A DNA stretch of 43,022 bases from a virus (IMGVR_UViG_3300006123_000021:1-43022), one strand, 5' to 3'. Shown: positions 1-8,785, numbered from the stretch's first letter. The notes: generated by a model not told the origin, from the letters alone. Made by a program: numbers and translations.

Positions 1-215
1 TGTTTCAAGACGAAATAGCGTATGATAGTCTAGTAATCCTAGACCATTATATTAAACTAATGGATGCTTGGAATACGAAAATCGAGGACGACTTTATATG
101 GACAGAATTTTACAAGAAGTTCAATAAGTATAAACCGTTCTTCCTACATTATGCACCATTGAGTGATCCTTTCTTTAAAAAAGCCATTAAAGATGGTTTG
201 ACTTTACAGAAATAA
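1..215 (+). CDS. gp59: Helicase loader gp59, C-terminal fragment (5' truncated by window)
   Basis: Frame from nt 3 reads FQDEIAYDSLVILDHYIKLMDAWNTKIEDDFIWTEFYKKFNKYKPFF...LQK* (TAA 213-215). The LVILD..W..D..W..KYKPF pattern matches the gp59 C-terminus, and it lies directly upstream of gp32 as in T4. Not in the ORF track. Confidence 0.8.
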   Translation, partial: FQDEIAYDSLVILDHYIKLMDAWNTKIEDDFIWTEFYKKFNKYKPFFLHYAPLSDPFFKKAIKDGLTLQK

Positions 216-226
216 ACCTATATAAT
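198..226 (+). promoter_or_regulatory. Sigma70-type early promoter for gp32
   Basis: TTGACT (198-203), 17-nt spacer, TATAAT (221-226). Near-consensus, overlaps the gp59 3' end, 66 nt upstream of the gp32 ATG. Confidence 0.8.
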
Positions 227-292
227 GTTATATGATGAATAATGTGGATAATTCGATAATACTAAACATACTACGCATACGAGGTAATACAA

Positions 293-1159
293 ATGGTAGA
301 TTTTAAATCACTTAAAGCCAAGTCTTCTACAGACAAATTGACCAAAGCTCTTGAGAGCATGTCTAAAGGTCAAAGCGGCGGCAATTCTAAAGACGATCGT
401 TTATGGTCACCAGAAGTTGATAAAGCTGGCAACGGCTATGCTGTAATTCGCTTTCTAGATTCACCACAAGTTGACGGTGAAGATGGAATGCCATGGGTTC
501 AGGTATTCAATCATGGATTCCAAGGTCCAGGCGGTTGGTTAATTGAGAATTGCTTAACTTCAATCAATCAAAAATGTCCAGTTTGTGAGCACAACAGTTC
601 TTTATGGAACAGCGGTGTTGAAACAAACAAAGAAATTGCTCGCAAACAAAAGCGCAAACTTTCTTATATCGCCAACATTTTAGTTGTTAAAGATGCTGCT
701 CATCCAGAAAACGAAGGAAAAGTTTTCCTATTCAAGTTCGGTAAGAAAATCTTTGATAAGATCAAAGAAAAGCTAGAGCCACAATTTGAAGATGAGAAGT
801 CAGTAAATCCTTTCAACTTCTGGCAAGGTGCTAACTTCAAGTTGAAGATTCGTAACGTTGAAGGATATCGTAACTACGACAAGTCTGAGTTCGATGTTGT
901 TTCACCTGTCGATGAAGATGATAATAAGATTGAGAAGATCTGGAAGTCTGAGCATTCTCTAAAAGAATTCTTGAATCCTAAAGATTTCAAATCTTATGAT
1001 GAACTTAAGACTAAGTTAGAACGAGTATTGAATCTCGCTGGAGCATCTAAGCCAAGACATGTAAATGTTGAGGAAGCTGGTGAGGAAGCAATTGTTGAAC
1101 CAAGTCTTGAAGAAGATGATGACAACTTGAGCTACTTTAACAAGTTAGCTGCAGAATAA
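293..1159 (+). CDS. gp32: Single-stranded DNA-binding protein gp32
   Basis: DDRLWSPEVDKAGNGYAVIRFL, Zn ligands H..GFQGPGGWLIENC..C..C, GKVFLFKFGKKIFDKI, GANFKLKIR..GYRNYDKSEF, acidic tail; SD GAGG at 281-284. Confidence 0.98.
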   Translation: MVDFKSLKAKSSTDKLTKALESMSKGQSGGNSKDDRLWSPEVDKAGNGYAVIRFLDSPQVDGEDGMPWVQVFNHGFQGPGGWLIENCLTSINQKCPVCEHNSSLWNSGVETNKEIARKQKRKLSYIANILVVKDAAHPENEGKVFLFKFGKKIFDKIKEKLEPQFEDEKSVNPFNFWQGANFKLKIRNVEGYRNYDKSEFDVVSPVDEDDNKIEKIWKSEHSLKEFLNPKDFKSYDELKTKLERVLNLAGASKPRHVNVEEAGEEAIVEPSLEEDDDNLSYFNKLAAE

Positions 1160-1186
1160 TTGACCAACTCATGTTGGATTCAATTG

Positions 1187-1212
1187 GGGGAGGCGAAAGT
1201 CTCCCCTTTTTT
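1187..1212 (+). terminator. Rho-independent terminator after gp32
   Basis: GGGGAGGC-GAAA-GTCTCCCC stem with a GNRA loop followed by T6, between convergent genes. Confidence 0.9.
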
Positions 1213-3811
1213 ATGCATTCATTCCCAGAATAGCAGCGGCTGCACCTGGATTATCTTGATAACCTGCATTAATTACCTTAATCCAGAAATCATTATTATG
1301 TGCTGATGGTTCTATATTTGCTGCTTGCTGTTGACCACCTTTAGCAGCTGTTTGTTGGTTGATAACAACTGGTGCAGCTTGAGGTTGAACTTGAGCAGTT
1401 TTTGCTGCTGGTTGTGATTTGAAATACTCATCATAAACTCTAGATATATCTCTATCTGATCTTGAAGACGATGATACTTCTCTAGCAGCCATTTGTCCTT
1501 CTGTCGGTTTTGCAGAAATGTCTGTTGGACTTGACTGAGGTGAAACTGAAGTTCCTCCAGCTCTATTATAAGTATCCATCCAACTATTTGCATATGTTTC
1601 TGGAAGCATTCCACGATTAGCGGCTAAAGCTGCAGCTGAGATATTACCTTGTATGTTACCAGTGTACCAAGCTAATGGTACAGCTTTGACATCTCCACCA
1701 GATTGTTTTAAAATATCTTGAACATATTTTTTAGCAATTTCATCTTGAACATCAGCAGGGGCATCTTTGGCTCTTAAATATTTTTCACCTACACCATATT
1801 TTTTTGTTAAAGATTGCCAAGTTGAATCTAAGAATTGATATGCACCTGAAGCACTACTTGTTGGATTGCTTGCCTTATAGTTATTTCCAGATTCTTTCAT
1901 TCTAATTGTAGAAAGAATTTTATCAACTTTTTCGTCACCAGGACCATTGCCGCTCACTCTATCCCATAAAGAAGAAAACGCACCTTCACCAATATATGAA
2001 CCTATAATTTCTCCACCAATTTCAAATGCAGGTAAAGCAGCAAGACTCAATCCGCCTGTAAATGCAGCAAGTCCTCCAGCAATACTAGCACCAATTGCAC
2101 CGCCAATCACAGCACCAGTAGCACTACCTGTAATGCTGACTGCACTTTTCTTTAAATTTTCAGAAGTAACTTCTTTACCCTCAATGGCATAACTTGCAGC
2201 TTCAAATAATGCACCAAATGCTGCATATCCAACAGCTTTACCCAAAGCTCCTTTTAATGCTTGACCTGCACCTTCAGAAAGGTATCTTCTTGACAGTACA
2301 CCCTTTGGTGACTTGATTTGATTTAGTAATTCTGGATCTCTAACAATACTTAATGCTTCTTGCTCAGACATATAGGTTTTAGAAACTCTGTCATAAAATC
2401 TTCCATTCTTCTCAACAATTCCAACTCTCTTTAATTGTTTAATTTGAGCTTCTTGAATATTGCCTCTTAAACCTTGTTCTTCAAAAAATCTGTTTACGTT
2501 TTGATCTTTAATTTCTTCCCCAATATTTCCATTTGCGTCAACTTTATGGAAGGAACCAGTTTCTGAATTGAAAACGATGTTGCCTTTTTGTAAAGCTTGT
2601 TTTTCAATAGCAGGTAAAGATTCATACATCTCGCTTCTAGCTTCTCTATAAATCTTATGCTGTTCAGAAGCAATTCTGCCTTGAATTGTTGCTTGAGCTC
2701 TCAATTCGCTAAGAGTAGTTTGCCCAGCACCTCTCATTCTTTGTTGTGCTGCTGCTTTAGTTGCAGCTTTTTGCGCTGCTGAAGCTGCAGCATATTTTTC
2801 AAAAGCTTGTTGTGATCTTTGCGCAGCACTCATAGTTGCTTCGCCGAAAGCTCCAGTTCCAGCTCTTCCAACCATTGCTGCATTTTTATAAAATGCAGAC
2901 TGTATTGCTGCTGCACTTGTTCCGAAAGTTGCCATTCTACCGAAGCGTCCACCTGCTCCCATTGCTCTTGCTGCTAAAGCTTCTTCTGCAGCAACGGCAG
3001 CTCTGCCGCCACCTCTACCCAATAATTTCTTTATTCCAGCACCACCAAGTGCAAGAGCACCTATGGTTTCAGCTATCTCTTCAACTCTATTGATCAATCC
3101 ACCGCCTCTACCGTGCTGTAGTAAATCTAAAATTTGGTCTAATTTACTGTCAATGTTTTTTTCAAAATCTACTAATTCGTAATGTCTTTCCGCTTGTAGT
3201 GCTTCTATTTGTTCAATATCAAGGTTGCCTGTTCCACCTTCTTCCATTAATTTGAAATCTTTAGATTTTTTTATTTCTTGTATTTCACTTTTTAAATTTG
3301 AGATCTCTAGCAGAACTCCAGCTTCTGGTATTCTTGCCGCATATTCTGCTTCATTGCTGGTTGCAATTTTTGGAACAGCTTCTTGAATATCATACAATTT
3401 ATTTTTTGATTTAATTGATGAAGATTTAACACGATCTGAAACATTTGATATTTGTTTTAAAATTCTACCAACATCGTTTTGAGTCTTATCAGCAGTTTTT
3501 TGTACCTTTGAAATACTCTTTTCATTTTTGTTGATTGATTTTTTAACTTCTTTCAACTCACTTTCAATAGAATTAATCTTTTTAGTTTGAGCTTTAGTGT
3601 CAGCTGTTTTGTCTGATGCTGTTTTTGATTTAGTTGTTGTTTTAGTAGTAGCACTTTTACCAGCCTCACCAAAAAGCGATGTCATGATATTCATTTTAAT
3701 TGTTTGTGCAATTTCCTTAGCATCACTAGCATCTATATTTGGATCTTGTGCTCTTATGATCGCTGATAGCGCCTTAATAGAAAATCCTGTTGGTGTTACT
3801 TTGCTTACCAT
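1211..3811 (-). CDS. Tail tape-measure / baseplate hub protein (gp29-like) with C-terminal lysozyme-like (transglycosylase) domain
   Basis: 866 aa. N-terminal coiled-coil, Ala/Gly-rich helical middle with a glycine zipper (GAVIGGAIGASIAGG), and a lysozyme-like motif IRMKESGNNY..N..SSASGAYQFLDSTW. Lies downstream of gp26/gp51. Confidence 0.75.
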   Translation of the reverse strand: MVSKVTPTGFSIKALSAIIRAQDPNIDASDAKEIAQTIKMNIMTSLFGEAGKSATTKTTTKSKTASDKTADTKAQTKKINSIESELKEVKKSINKNEKSISKVQKTADKTQNDVGRILKQISNVSDRVKSSSIKSKNKLYDIQEAVPKIATSNEAEYAARIPEAGVLLEISNLKSEIQEIKKSKDFKLMEEGGTGNLDIEQIEALQAERHYELVDFEKNIDSKLDQILDLLQHGRGGGLINRVEEIAETIGALALGGAGIKKLLGRGGGRAAVAAEEALAARAMGAGGRFGRMATFGTSAAAIQSAFYKNAAMVGRAGTGAFGEATMSAAQRSQQAFEKYAAASAAQKAATKAAAQQRMRGAGQTTLSELRAQATIQGRIASEQHKIYREARSEMYESLPAIEKQALQKGNIVFNSETGSFHKVDANGNIGEEIKDQNVNRFFEEQGLRGNIQEAQIKQLKRVGIVEKNGRFYDRVSKTYMSEQEALSIVRDPELLNQIKSPKGVLSRRYLSEGAGQALKGALGKAVGYAAFGALFEAASYAIEGKEVTSENLKKSAVSITGSATGAVIGGAIGASIAGGLAAFTGGLSLAALPAFEIGGEIIGSYIGEGAFSSLWDRVSGNGPGDEKVDKILSTIRMKESGNNYKASNPTSSASGAYQFLDSTWQSLTKKYGVGEKYLRAKDAPADVQDEIAKKYVQDILKQSGGDVKAVPLAWYTGNIQGNISAAALAANRGMLPETYANSWMDTYNRAGGTSVSPQSSPTDISAKPTEGQMAAREVSSSSRSDRDISRVYDEYFKSQPAAKTAQVQPQAAPVVINQQTAAKGGQQQAANIEPSAHNNDFWIKVINAGYQDNPGAAAAILGMNA

Positions 3812-3960
3812 TTTCTTGATTTATTTTCCATTTCTTTTAGTTTAGCATTCTCATTTTCTTCTTTAATCTTAGCTGACAGCATTCCAATATAAGCATCTTT
3901 TTCCCACGGTATCATATCATCAAAAATTCTAAAATCAATTTTATGGTGATAAAGGAGCAT
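3805..3960 (-). CDS. gp51: gp51-like baseplate hub assembly catalyst / tail assembly chaperone C-terminal part
   Basis: MLLYHHKIDFRIFDDMIPWEKDAYIGMLSAKIKEENENAKLKEMENKSRKW* (51 aa, below the ORF-track cutoff). HHK...MIPWE.D.Y..L...EEN is the short gp51 signature of T4-like phages. The frame stays open upstream into the gp26 end, so the start is uncertain. Confidence 0.85.
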   Translation of the reverse strand: MLLYHHKIDFRIFDDMIPWEKDAYIGMLSAKIKEENENAKLKEMENKSRKW

Positions 3961-4004
3961 AAAATTCAAATTGAAAAACTCCTTTAACCCCTCATTACCA
4001 AAGC

Positions 4005-4748
4005 TTAGATAAAAAAATCGTTGAGACCCTCCAGCACAAACTTGTGCTTAAATCCGCATTTTGGACAATCTTTATTTAACTCTTGTCTGACCGTTGGCAA
4101 GCTCTTAAAAAAGTTTGTCAATAAGTCATATTTCTCTGCAGGTAGATTCATTACAAATTCTACTAATTCTTCTACAGTTGCATCTTTAGAGTAATACACA
4201 TTTTCTTTGTCAAAAATGTAATCGATACATAATGCTATTGTTTTGAATTCATCATTCTCTTCTAGATTTTCTGCAGGATTTGATAACTTTTGAATTATCT
4301 CAAATGTTGGATACTTCATTTGTAATCCAACATCATCATTGATCATTATCTTTGTAGAGTTCTGATCAAGATTTACTACTGGAACACTTAAAAGATCAAT
4401 AGATCCATCAATTATCATTCCGCATTCTGATTTCTGATCGCCTTCTCCAATTTCATTTTTACATTTAAAGAACACGTTTATGTTCTCACCAATTGATCTT
4501 GCTCTGAAATTTAAAAATAAAACTTCAATGTCAATGAGTGGCAATTTATCTACATCAATGTTTTCATCTAGAAGACAATTTTTAATAATTTGTTTAATCG
4601 TATTGACGACTTCATTAGCATCTGTCTGTTCAGTTGCAAGAAGCATCAGTTTTTGTTCCTTAACCAGAAATGGTCTGAACTTAACTGGGTTTTCTTGAGA
4701 AAACAGTTTCACTTCATAAGTCGGTGTCGCGATTGTCGGGAATTTCAT
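4005..4748 (-). CDS. gp26: Baseplate hub assembly protein gp26 (putative tail assembly chaperone)
   Basis: P.YEVKL...VKFRPFLVKEQKLML, DIE.LFL.FRARSIGE, Cys pairs (C...C; CPKC) and terminal LEGLNDFF, typical of gp26 in T4-like phages. Confidence 0.92.
   Translation of the reverse strand: MKFPTIATPTYEVKLFSQENPVKFRPFLVKEQKLMLLATEQTDANEVVNTIKQIIKNCLLDENIDVDKLPLIDIEVLFLNFRARSIGENINVFFKCKNEIGEGDQKSECGMIIDGSIDLLSVPVVNLDQNSTKIMINDDVGLQMKYPTFEIIQKLSNPAENLEENDEFKTIALCIDYIFDKENVYYSKDATVEELVEFVMNLPAEKYDLLTNFFKSLPTVRQELNKDCPKCGFKHKFVLEGLNDFFI
4011..4017 (-). other. Putative -1 ribosomal frameshift heptamer U_UUU_UUU
   Basis: mRNA reads GAU UUU UUU AUC UAA at the gp26 end; the -1 frame is open and in frame with gp51. 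Confidence 0.65.
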
Positions 4749-4767
4749 AATTACCTCACTTTAAATA

Positions 4768-5769
4768 TTATGGGAGTCCAAGGTTAGCAGATTCTGTTTG
4801 CGATTCAGTTGGGAGTTGGTATGAATAATCATTAAGATATGCTTTATTTGCTGCCGTTGTTTTTGCATTTGTTGATGCAGCTGGAGCTGGTGATGGTGGC
4901 GGCACAGACTGAACTGATGTTGGTGATGGAACTGCGCTAGATCCAAAATCATAACTTGGAAGATAAGCTTCTGGATTTGGATTGTTCAGGTCAGTTATAT
5001 ATGTTCTCCACTTATTGTAGTGGAATGTGACTTGAAGTTCATGTATTCTGTCATCAGCCCAATTTAATGGTTGTGGTGCAATCGCAATAGGAAAAGCGCC
5101 AAACAGTGTTGTGATATAACTTGGAGTTCCATCAACAGTATATTGTGTTATTGTAATATCTGTTGTTGTTACTGGACCATTTTTATCTTGAGGGTATCCA
5201 ACTAATCCTGTTTGAAAGTTTATAAGATAATTCATCCACCACTCAAAGAAATTTCTACCCATCATATCACCAAAACAATATAGACTTAGAGTTATTGGTG
5301 TGAACGTTGGAAAGTGTGACAATCTTTGAGTAAATGCATAATGTCTATATTCTATTGGATTGTGATTGATCCCTGGAAGTTCTGCCATGTTACAAGCATA
5401 TCGCATATCGAAATATGATGAATAGTTGTATCCAGTTCCAGAAAGCGTAGTCATACATTTTGGTATTGGTAGATTGACTAAAAATCTACAAGTCTTGGCA
5501 AATTCATTATTGAGGTCAAGCTGAGTAAACATATTAGAGATGTTTGAAACAGATTGACTTGTTTTCGGACTTGGTGCTTGGAATTGTCCTGAGTTGTTTT
5601 GATTATTGCTGAGGATAGAACCAAGTAGTGATTGTGCAGCTCCAGCTAAAACAGGATTTCTTATGTTTTTTGTAGCTGAGCTTACCAAGCTTCCTGTAAT
5701 GTTATTGATATTTTGTTGAATAACTGTATCAGGATTAGTGATACCGACAGGATTTAAATTAATAGCCAT
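4768..5769 (-). CDS. Baseplate-tail tube initiator (gp54-like, gp19 tail-tube fold)
   Basis: C..AELPG, ITLSLYC...RNFFEWWMN.I, ITITQY, L..AFPI.I...L.W...LQVTF.Y..W are tube-fold motifs. Start moved from 5856 to the ATG at 5769 (TAATG coupling with the gp2 stop); the extra 29 aa of the ORF track overlap gp2. Confidence 0.8.
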   Translation of the reverse strand: MAINLNPVGITNPDTVIQQNINNITGSLVSSATKNIRNPVLAGAAQSLLGSILSNNQNNSGQFQAPSPKTSQSVSNISNMFTQLDLNNEFAKTCRFLVNLPIPKCMTTLSGTGYNYSSYFDMRYACNMAELPGINHNPIEYRHYAFTQRLSHFPTFTPITLSLYCFGDMMGRNFFEWWMNYLINFQTGLVGYPQDKNGPVTTTDITITQYTVDGTPSYITTLFGAFPIAIAPQPLNWADDRIHELQVTFHYNKWRTYITDLNNPNPEAYLPSYDFGSSAVPSPTSVQSVPPPSPAPAASTNAKTTAANKAYLNDYSYQLPTESQTESANLGLP

Positions 5770-6350
5770 TAGAATTGCCTTAGAGATTGACGTTGAACTT
5801 GAGTTGCAGAAGCTCCAATAAATTGTTCTGTTGGTAGGAAAATTGCAATTTCCCAATCGTCAGGTGCAACCTCAACAACTTTAGAATCTAAATGAGAATA
5901 CAGATATCTTTTTAAGCAAGGAGCAAATTCTCTATATCTTCTTGTGCTGCTTAAAATATTATAACTGACTCTCATTTTTGTTGTTTCATCAAAATTCTTA
6001 TTGTTCAAAAGATCATAAAGTTTATTCAATAAAGCTAAACGATGTTTTGATGAAATGTAATGTAAATTTAAACCAAGAAACCCATCACTATAATTTTCAA
6101 TTGGAATGACCAACGGAAAACGATCATAATATGGAAGTACATCTTTTAATTTTGGATCATAGGAATAGAAATACATCTTTCCTACAATAATTCTTTTTGC
6201 GAATACGTTATCGGTTGCAGAAAGAATATTTCTTCTGCTGGTTTGAAGAGTTCTTACGTTTCTTCTGAGCCAGTCTCGAGCTTTTTTGGATCTGACGTTG
6301 ATATTCTCTTTCGCCAGATTATCCCTTACTTTTTCTATTAGACTTGCCAT
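5769..6350 (-). CDS. gp2: DNA end protector protein gp2
   Basis: GKMYFYSYDPK.K..LPYYDRFPLVIPI....GFLGLNLHY, C.KRYL..H, W..AIFLPTEQF. Confidence 0.95.
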   Translation of the reverse strand: MASLIEKVRDNLAKENINVRSKKARDWLRRNVRTLQTSRRNILSATDNVFAKRIIVGKMYFYSYDPKLKDVLPYYDRFPLVIPIENYSDGFLGLNLHYISSKHRLALLNKLYDLLNNKNFDETTKMRVSYNILSSTRRYREFAPCLKRYLYSHLDSKVVEVAPDDWEIAIFLPTEQFIGASATQVQRQSLRQF

Positions 6351-6786
6351 CAGGTATTTTTAACTCTCTTTCCGTAATAATTTCAAAATGCCAACCGCGA
6401 TCGGCGCAAAACTCTCTGGCGGCTTTAAACTTGGCTTCATTTACTCCCCAAGTCGCAACCTCATTAATGAAGCTTCTGGTCACCTTTTTTGGTTTCACAG
6501 GCGGCTTAGTTTGTTTCTCAGGTTTAATCTCAATTACAAATCTTTTGATACTTCCATCCTTGCCTTTTATTTTAGCCACAAAGTCTGGAAAGTATCTATG
6601 ATATTTATTGTCTAGAGGAGAGATATATGGAATGATCAGTTCTTCGTTTGACCATTCGACAACATTTTCGTTATCGTCAAACCACTCCATAACTTTTCTT
6701 TCCCAGAGACTTCTGTACCAAATGTTGGAGACGTCCCCATAATACTTTTTCTGGTTTCTGGGGTGAAAACGACCTGAGTATGCCAT
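6319..6786 (-). CDS. gp4: Head completion nuclease gp4 (TnsA-like PD-(D/E)XK)
   Basis: AYSGRF.P.N..KY.GD...I.YRSLWE..., W..EE..IPY.SP.D...HRYFPDF, IEIKP, N.AK..AA..FC..RGW.F.IITE. Confidence 0.96.
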   Translation of the reverse strand: MAYSGRFHPRNQKKYYGDVSNIWYRSLWERKVMEWFDDNENVVEWSNEELIIPYISPLDNKYHRYFPDFVAKIKGKDGSIKRFVIEIKPEKQTKPPVKPKKVTRSFINEVATWGVNEAKFKAAREFCADRGWHFEIITERELKIPDGKSNRKSKG

Positions 6787-6793
6787 ATAAATA
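6786..6793 (+). promoter_or_regulatory. T4-type (gp55) late promoter for the gp48 operon
   Basis: Exact TATAAATA, 42 nt upstream of the gp48 ATG. Confidence 0.85.
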
Positions 6794-6812
6794 ATCCAAT
6801 AACACTAAAGCT

Positions 6813-6820
6813 TATTTATA
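6813..6820 (-). promoter_or_regulatory. T4-type late promoter for the gp4-gp2-gp26 operon
   Basis: TATTTATA on the + strand = TATAAATA on the - strand, 26 nt upstream of the gp4 ATG. Confidence 0.85.
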
Positions 6821-6835
6821 GCTACAGGTATCACA

Positions 6836-8098
6836 ATGGGTTTATTTTCTGGTATTTCACTAAGTTCAATTGTTGGACAGGGTGTGCAACAAGGCATACT
6901 TAATGCAAGTAGCGTTTCTCCTGGTCCAGTTTCAACTATTGGTCTTAAACAATCACCAAAACAAACAATTACTGCAGTTACTGCAGCAAAAAGCAGTGGT
7001 GAATTAGCAGCTTTATCTCCAGGACCAGCAAGCAGAAAAATAAGCGGTGAAGGAGTTGGGGAATATACTGTCTATAGATACCCAAATAATCTTCAAGGAA
7101 ACAGTCTAGAAGATCCACCGCATGCTGTTCTTTTCTATGTTAATGTTCCAGTAACTTCCTCATATAAAACTGACACATCACAAATTGTGCAAAATAACTC
7201 TGTATATTATGGCGGTGTTGGAGGAACTACAAATCCGCAAAATAATACGACAAACGCTGATGGCGAAGTTCCTGAAGTGGTCACTACTGGGAAAGGATTT
7301 GCAACTAAAGGGATTGCAGTACAACAAAATTCTCAATTCACAGGTGGAACTTTAAACTCCACACAACTTTCATCATTACTTCAACCATCTTTAAGTAGAA
7401 TATCCACAGCAATTGCTCTTTATATGCCTGATACGATTACTGCAGCATATAATCATAATTGGAATCCAGTATCACTATTTGATGCTCTTGGTAATTTTGG
7501 ACAATCAGCGATAACAGCATTAGGTGCTGTAGAAGCTGCAAAAGATTTAGCCAATAGATTTACTGGAGCATACAAACCATCACCAGTAAATACTACTCCA
7601 ATAGAAAGAACTGCATTTACAAATATAGTGAATGCTACTCTTGGCACACAAGGAACTGGAGTTCTTGAAAATTCAGCAGGATATGCCTTAAACCCTCAAA
7701 TTGAAATGTTATACAGAGGAACAGATAATAGAGAGTTTACATTTGAATTTAGATTTCAACCAAGAAGTTCTGATGAGTCTGTAGCAATTATGAACATCAT
7801 CAATACATTTAAAATGTATGCTGCTCCAGAGTTAATTTCTCAAGTTGGTGGAAGCGTTTATGGTAGATACTTTATACCGCCAGCACAATTTGACATTCAA
7901 TTCGCATTCACATCAGGTGATAATCCATATCTACCAACAATATCAACATGCGTCTTACAAAATATTAGTGTAGATTATTCTAAGGCTGGACACTTCGCAA
8001 CGTTCACTGATGGTATGCCAGTTGAGATAGGTTTAACGTTAAGATTTAAAGAAGTTGATATTATGTATAGACAACTTATTCAGCAGTATGGATATTAA
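6836..8098 (+). CDS. gp48: Baseplate tail tube cap gp48
   Basis: YRYP.NL, I.LYMPD, NPQIEMLY.G...REFTFEFRFQPRS..E...I..II..FK...AP, IP.QFDI.F, TCVL.NISVDY, DGMPV.I.L.L.FKE. Confidence 0.92.
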   Translation: MGLFSGISLSSIVGQGVQQGILNASSVSPGPVSTIGLKQSPKQTITAVTAAKSSGELAALSPGPASRKISGEGVGEYTVYRYPNNLQGNSLEDPPHAVLFYVNVPVTSSYKTDTSQIVQNNSVYYGGVGGTTNPQNNTTNADGEVPEVVTTGKGFATKGIAVQQNSQFTGGTLNSTQLSSLLQPSLSRISTAIALYMPDTITAAYNHNWNPVSLFDALGNFGQSAITALGAVEAAKDLANRFTGAYKPSPVNTTPIERTAFTNIVNATLGTQGTGVLENSAGYALNPQIEMLYRGTDNREFTFEFRFQPRSSDESVAIMNIINTFKMYAAPELISQVGGSVYGRYFIPPAQFDIQFAFTSGDNPYLPTISTCVLQNISVDYSKAGHFATFTDGMPVEIGLTLRFKEVDIMYRQLIQQYGY

Positions 8099-8100
8099 AA

Positions 8101-8784
8101 ATGCAATACTTTCAAAATTTCCCCAAGGTTTTATATTCTTTTGATCCAAATTTAAAAGATGCATTTTTAGTCACCAACATATTCACACGTGTTCAATTTC
8201 TTACCGACTATTTACAAAATCTTAATATTTTCTACACATATAATATGCAGGATCATGATACTTTTGAAAGTATCGCAGAAAAATATTATGGTGACGCTAA
8301 CAGATATTGGATAATTCTACTTGCTAATCAAATAATAAATCCAGCATATCAAGCTCCATTAAATGATCTTGAATTTATTAATTATTTGACTAACAAGTAT
8401 GGATCAGTAGTTGTCGCTCAATCTACGATAGATCATTATGAGAAAGTTACAGTAACGACTGCATCTCCATTAGGTGCGCCATCATCAATAACAACTTCTA
8501 AATTGTATTATTCTAATACGACATATTCTATTGTTGATGAGGTGTCAAATCAAACTATCACAAATCTGCCAACATTGGCACATCCAACACTTCAATTGAC
8601 ATCTCCTCAATCTGTTAATCTTGATGGTACAACATATTCAACTGTCATTACGTTAAACGCTGTTTCTTCATATGATGCTGAGTTTAGCGAGAATCAATCA
8701 AAAAGAGTGATACAGCTACCTAAGAAAGAATATGCAGCTCAAATTGAAACTCAACTGAAATCATTATTAACATCAACATTATAA
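8101..8784 (+). CDS. gp53: Baseplate wedge subunit gp53
   Basis: YF.NFP.V.Y, TNIF.RV, LysM-like E.IA.KYYGD...YWIILLAN.I.NP, I.HYE, Y..E..ENQ.KR.I. Confidence 0.93.
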   Translation: MQYFQNFPKVLYSFDPNLKDAFLVTNIFTRVQFLTDYLQNLNIFYTYNMQDHDTFESIAEKYYGDANRYWIILLANQIINPAYQAPLNDLEFINYLTNKYGSVVVAQSTIDHYEKVTVTTASPLGAPSSITTSKLYYSNTTYSIVDEVSNQTITNLPTLAHPTLQLTSPQSVNLDGTTYSTVITLNAVSSYDAEFSENQSKRVIQLPKKEYAAQIETQLKSLLTSTL

Positions 8785-8785
8785 A

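Noticed and set aside
1312-3845. Small ORFs overlapping the tape-measure gene on either strand
   Set aside because: Entirely within a long, coherent CDS; antisense or shadow frames with no supporting signals.
5770-5856. N-terminal extension of the 362-aa ORF
   Set aside because: Overlaps gp2 in another frame; the ATG at 5769 coupled to the gp2 stop is more plausible.
6319-6786. TnsA-like nuclease as a transposon or homing element
   Set aside because: Sequence and position match the core T4 head completion protein gp4; no transposon ends or partner genes.
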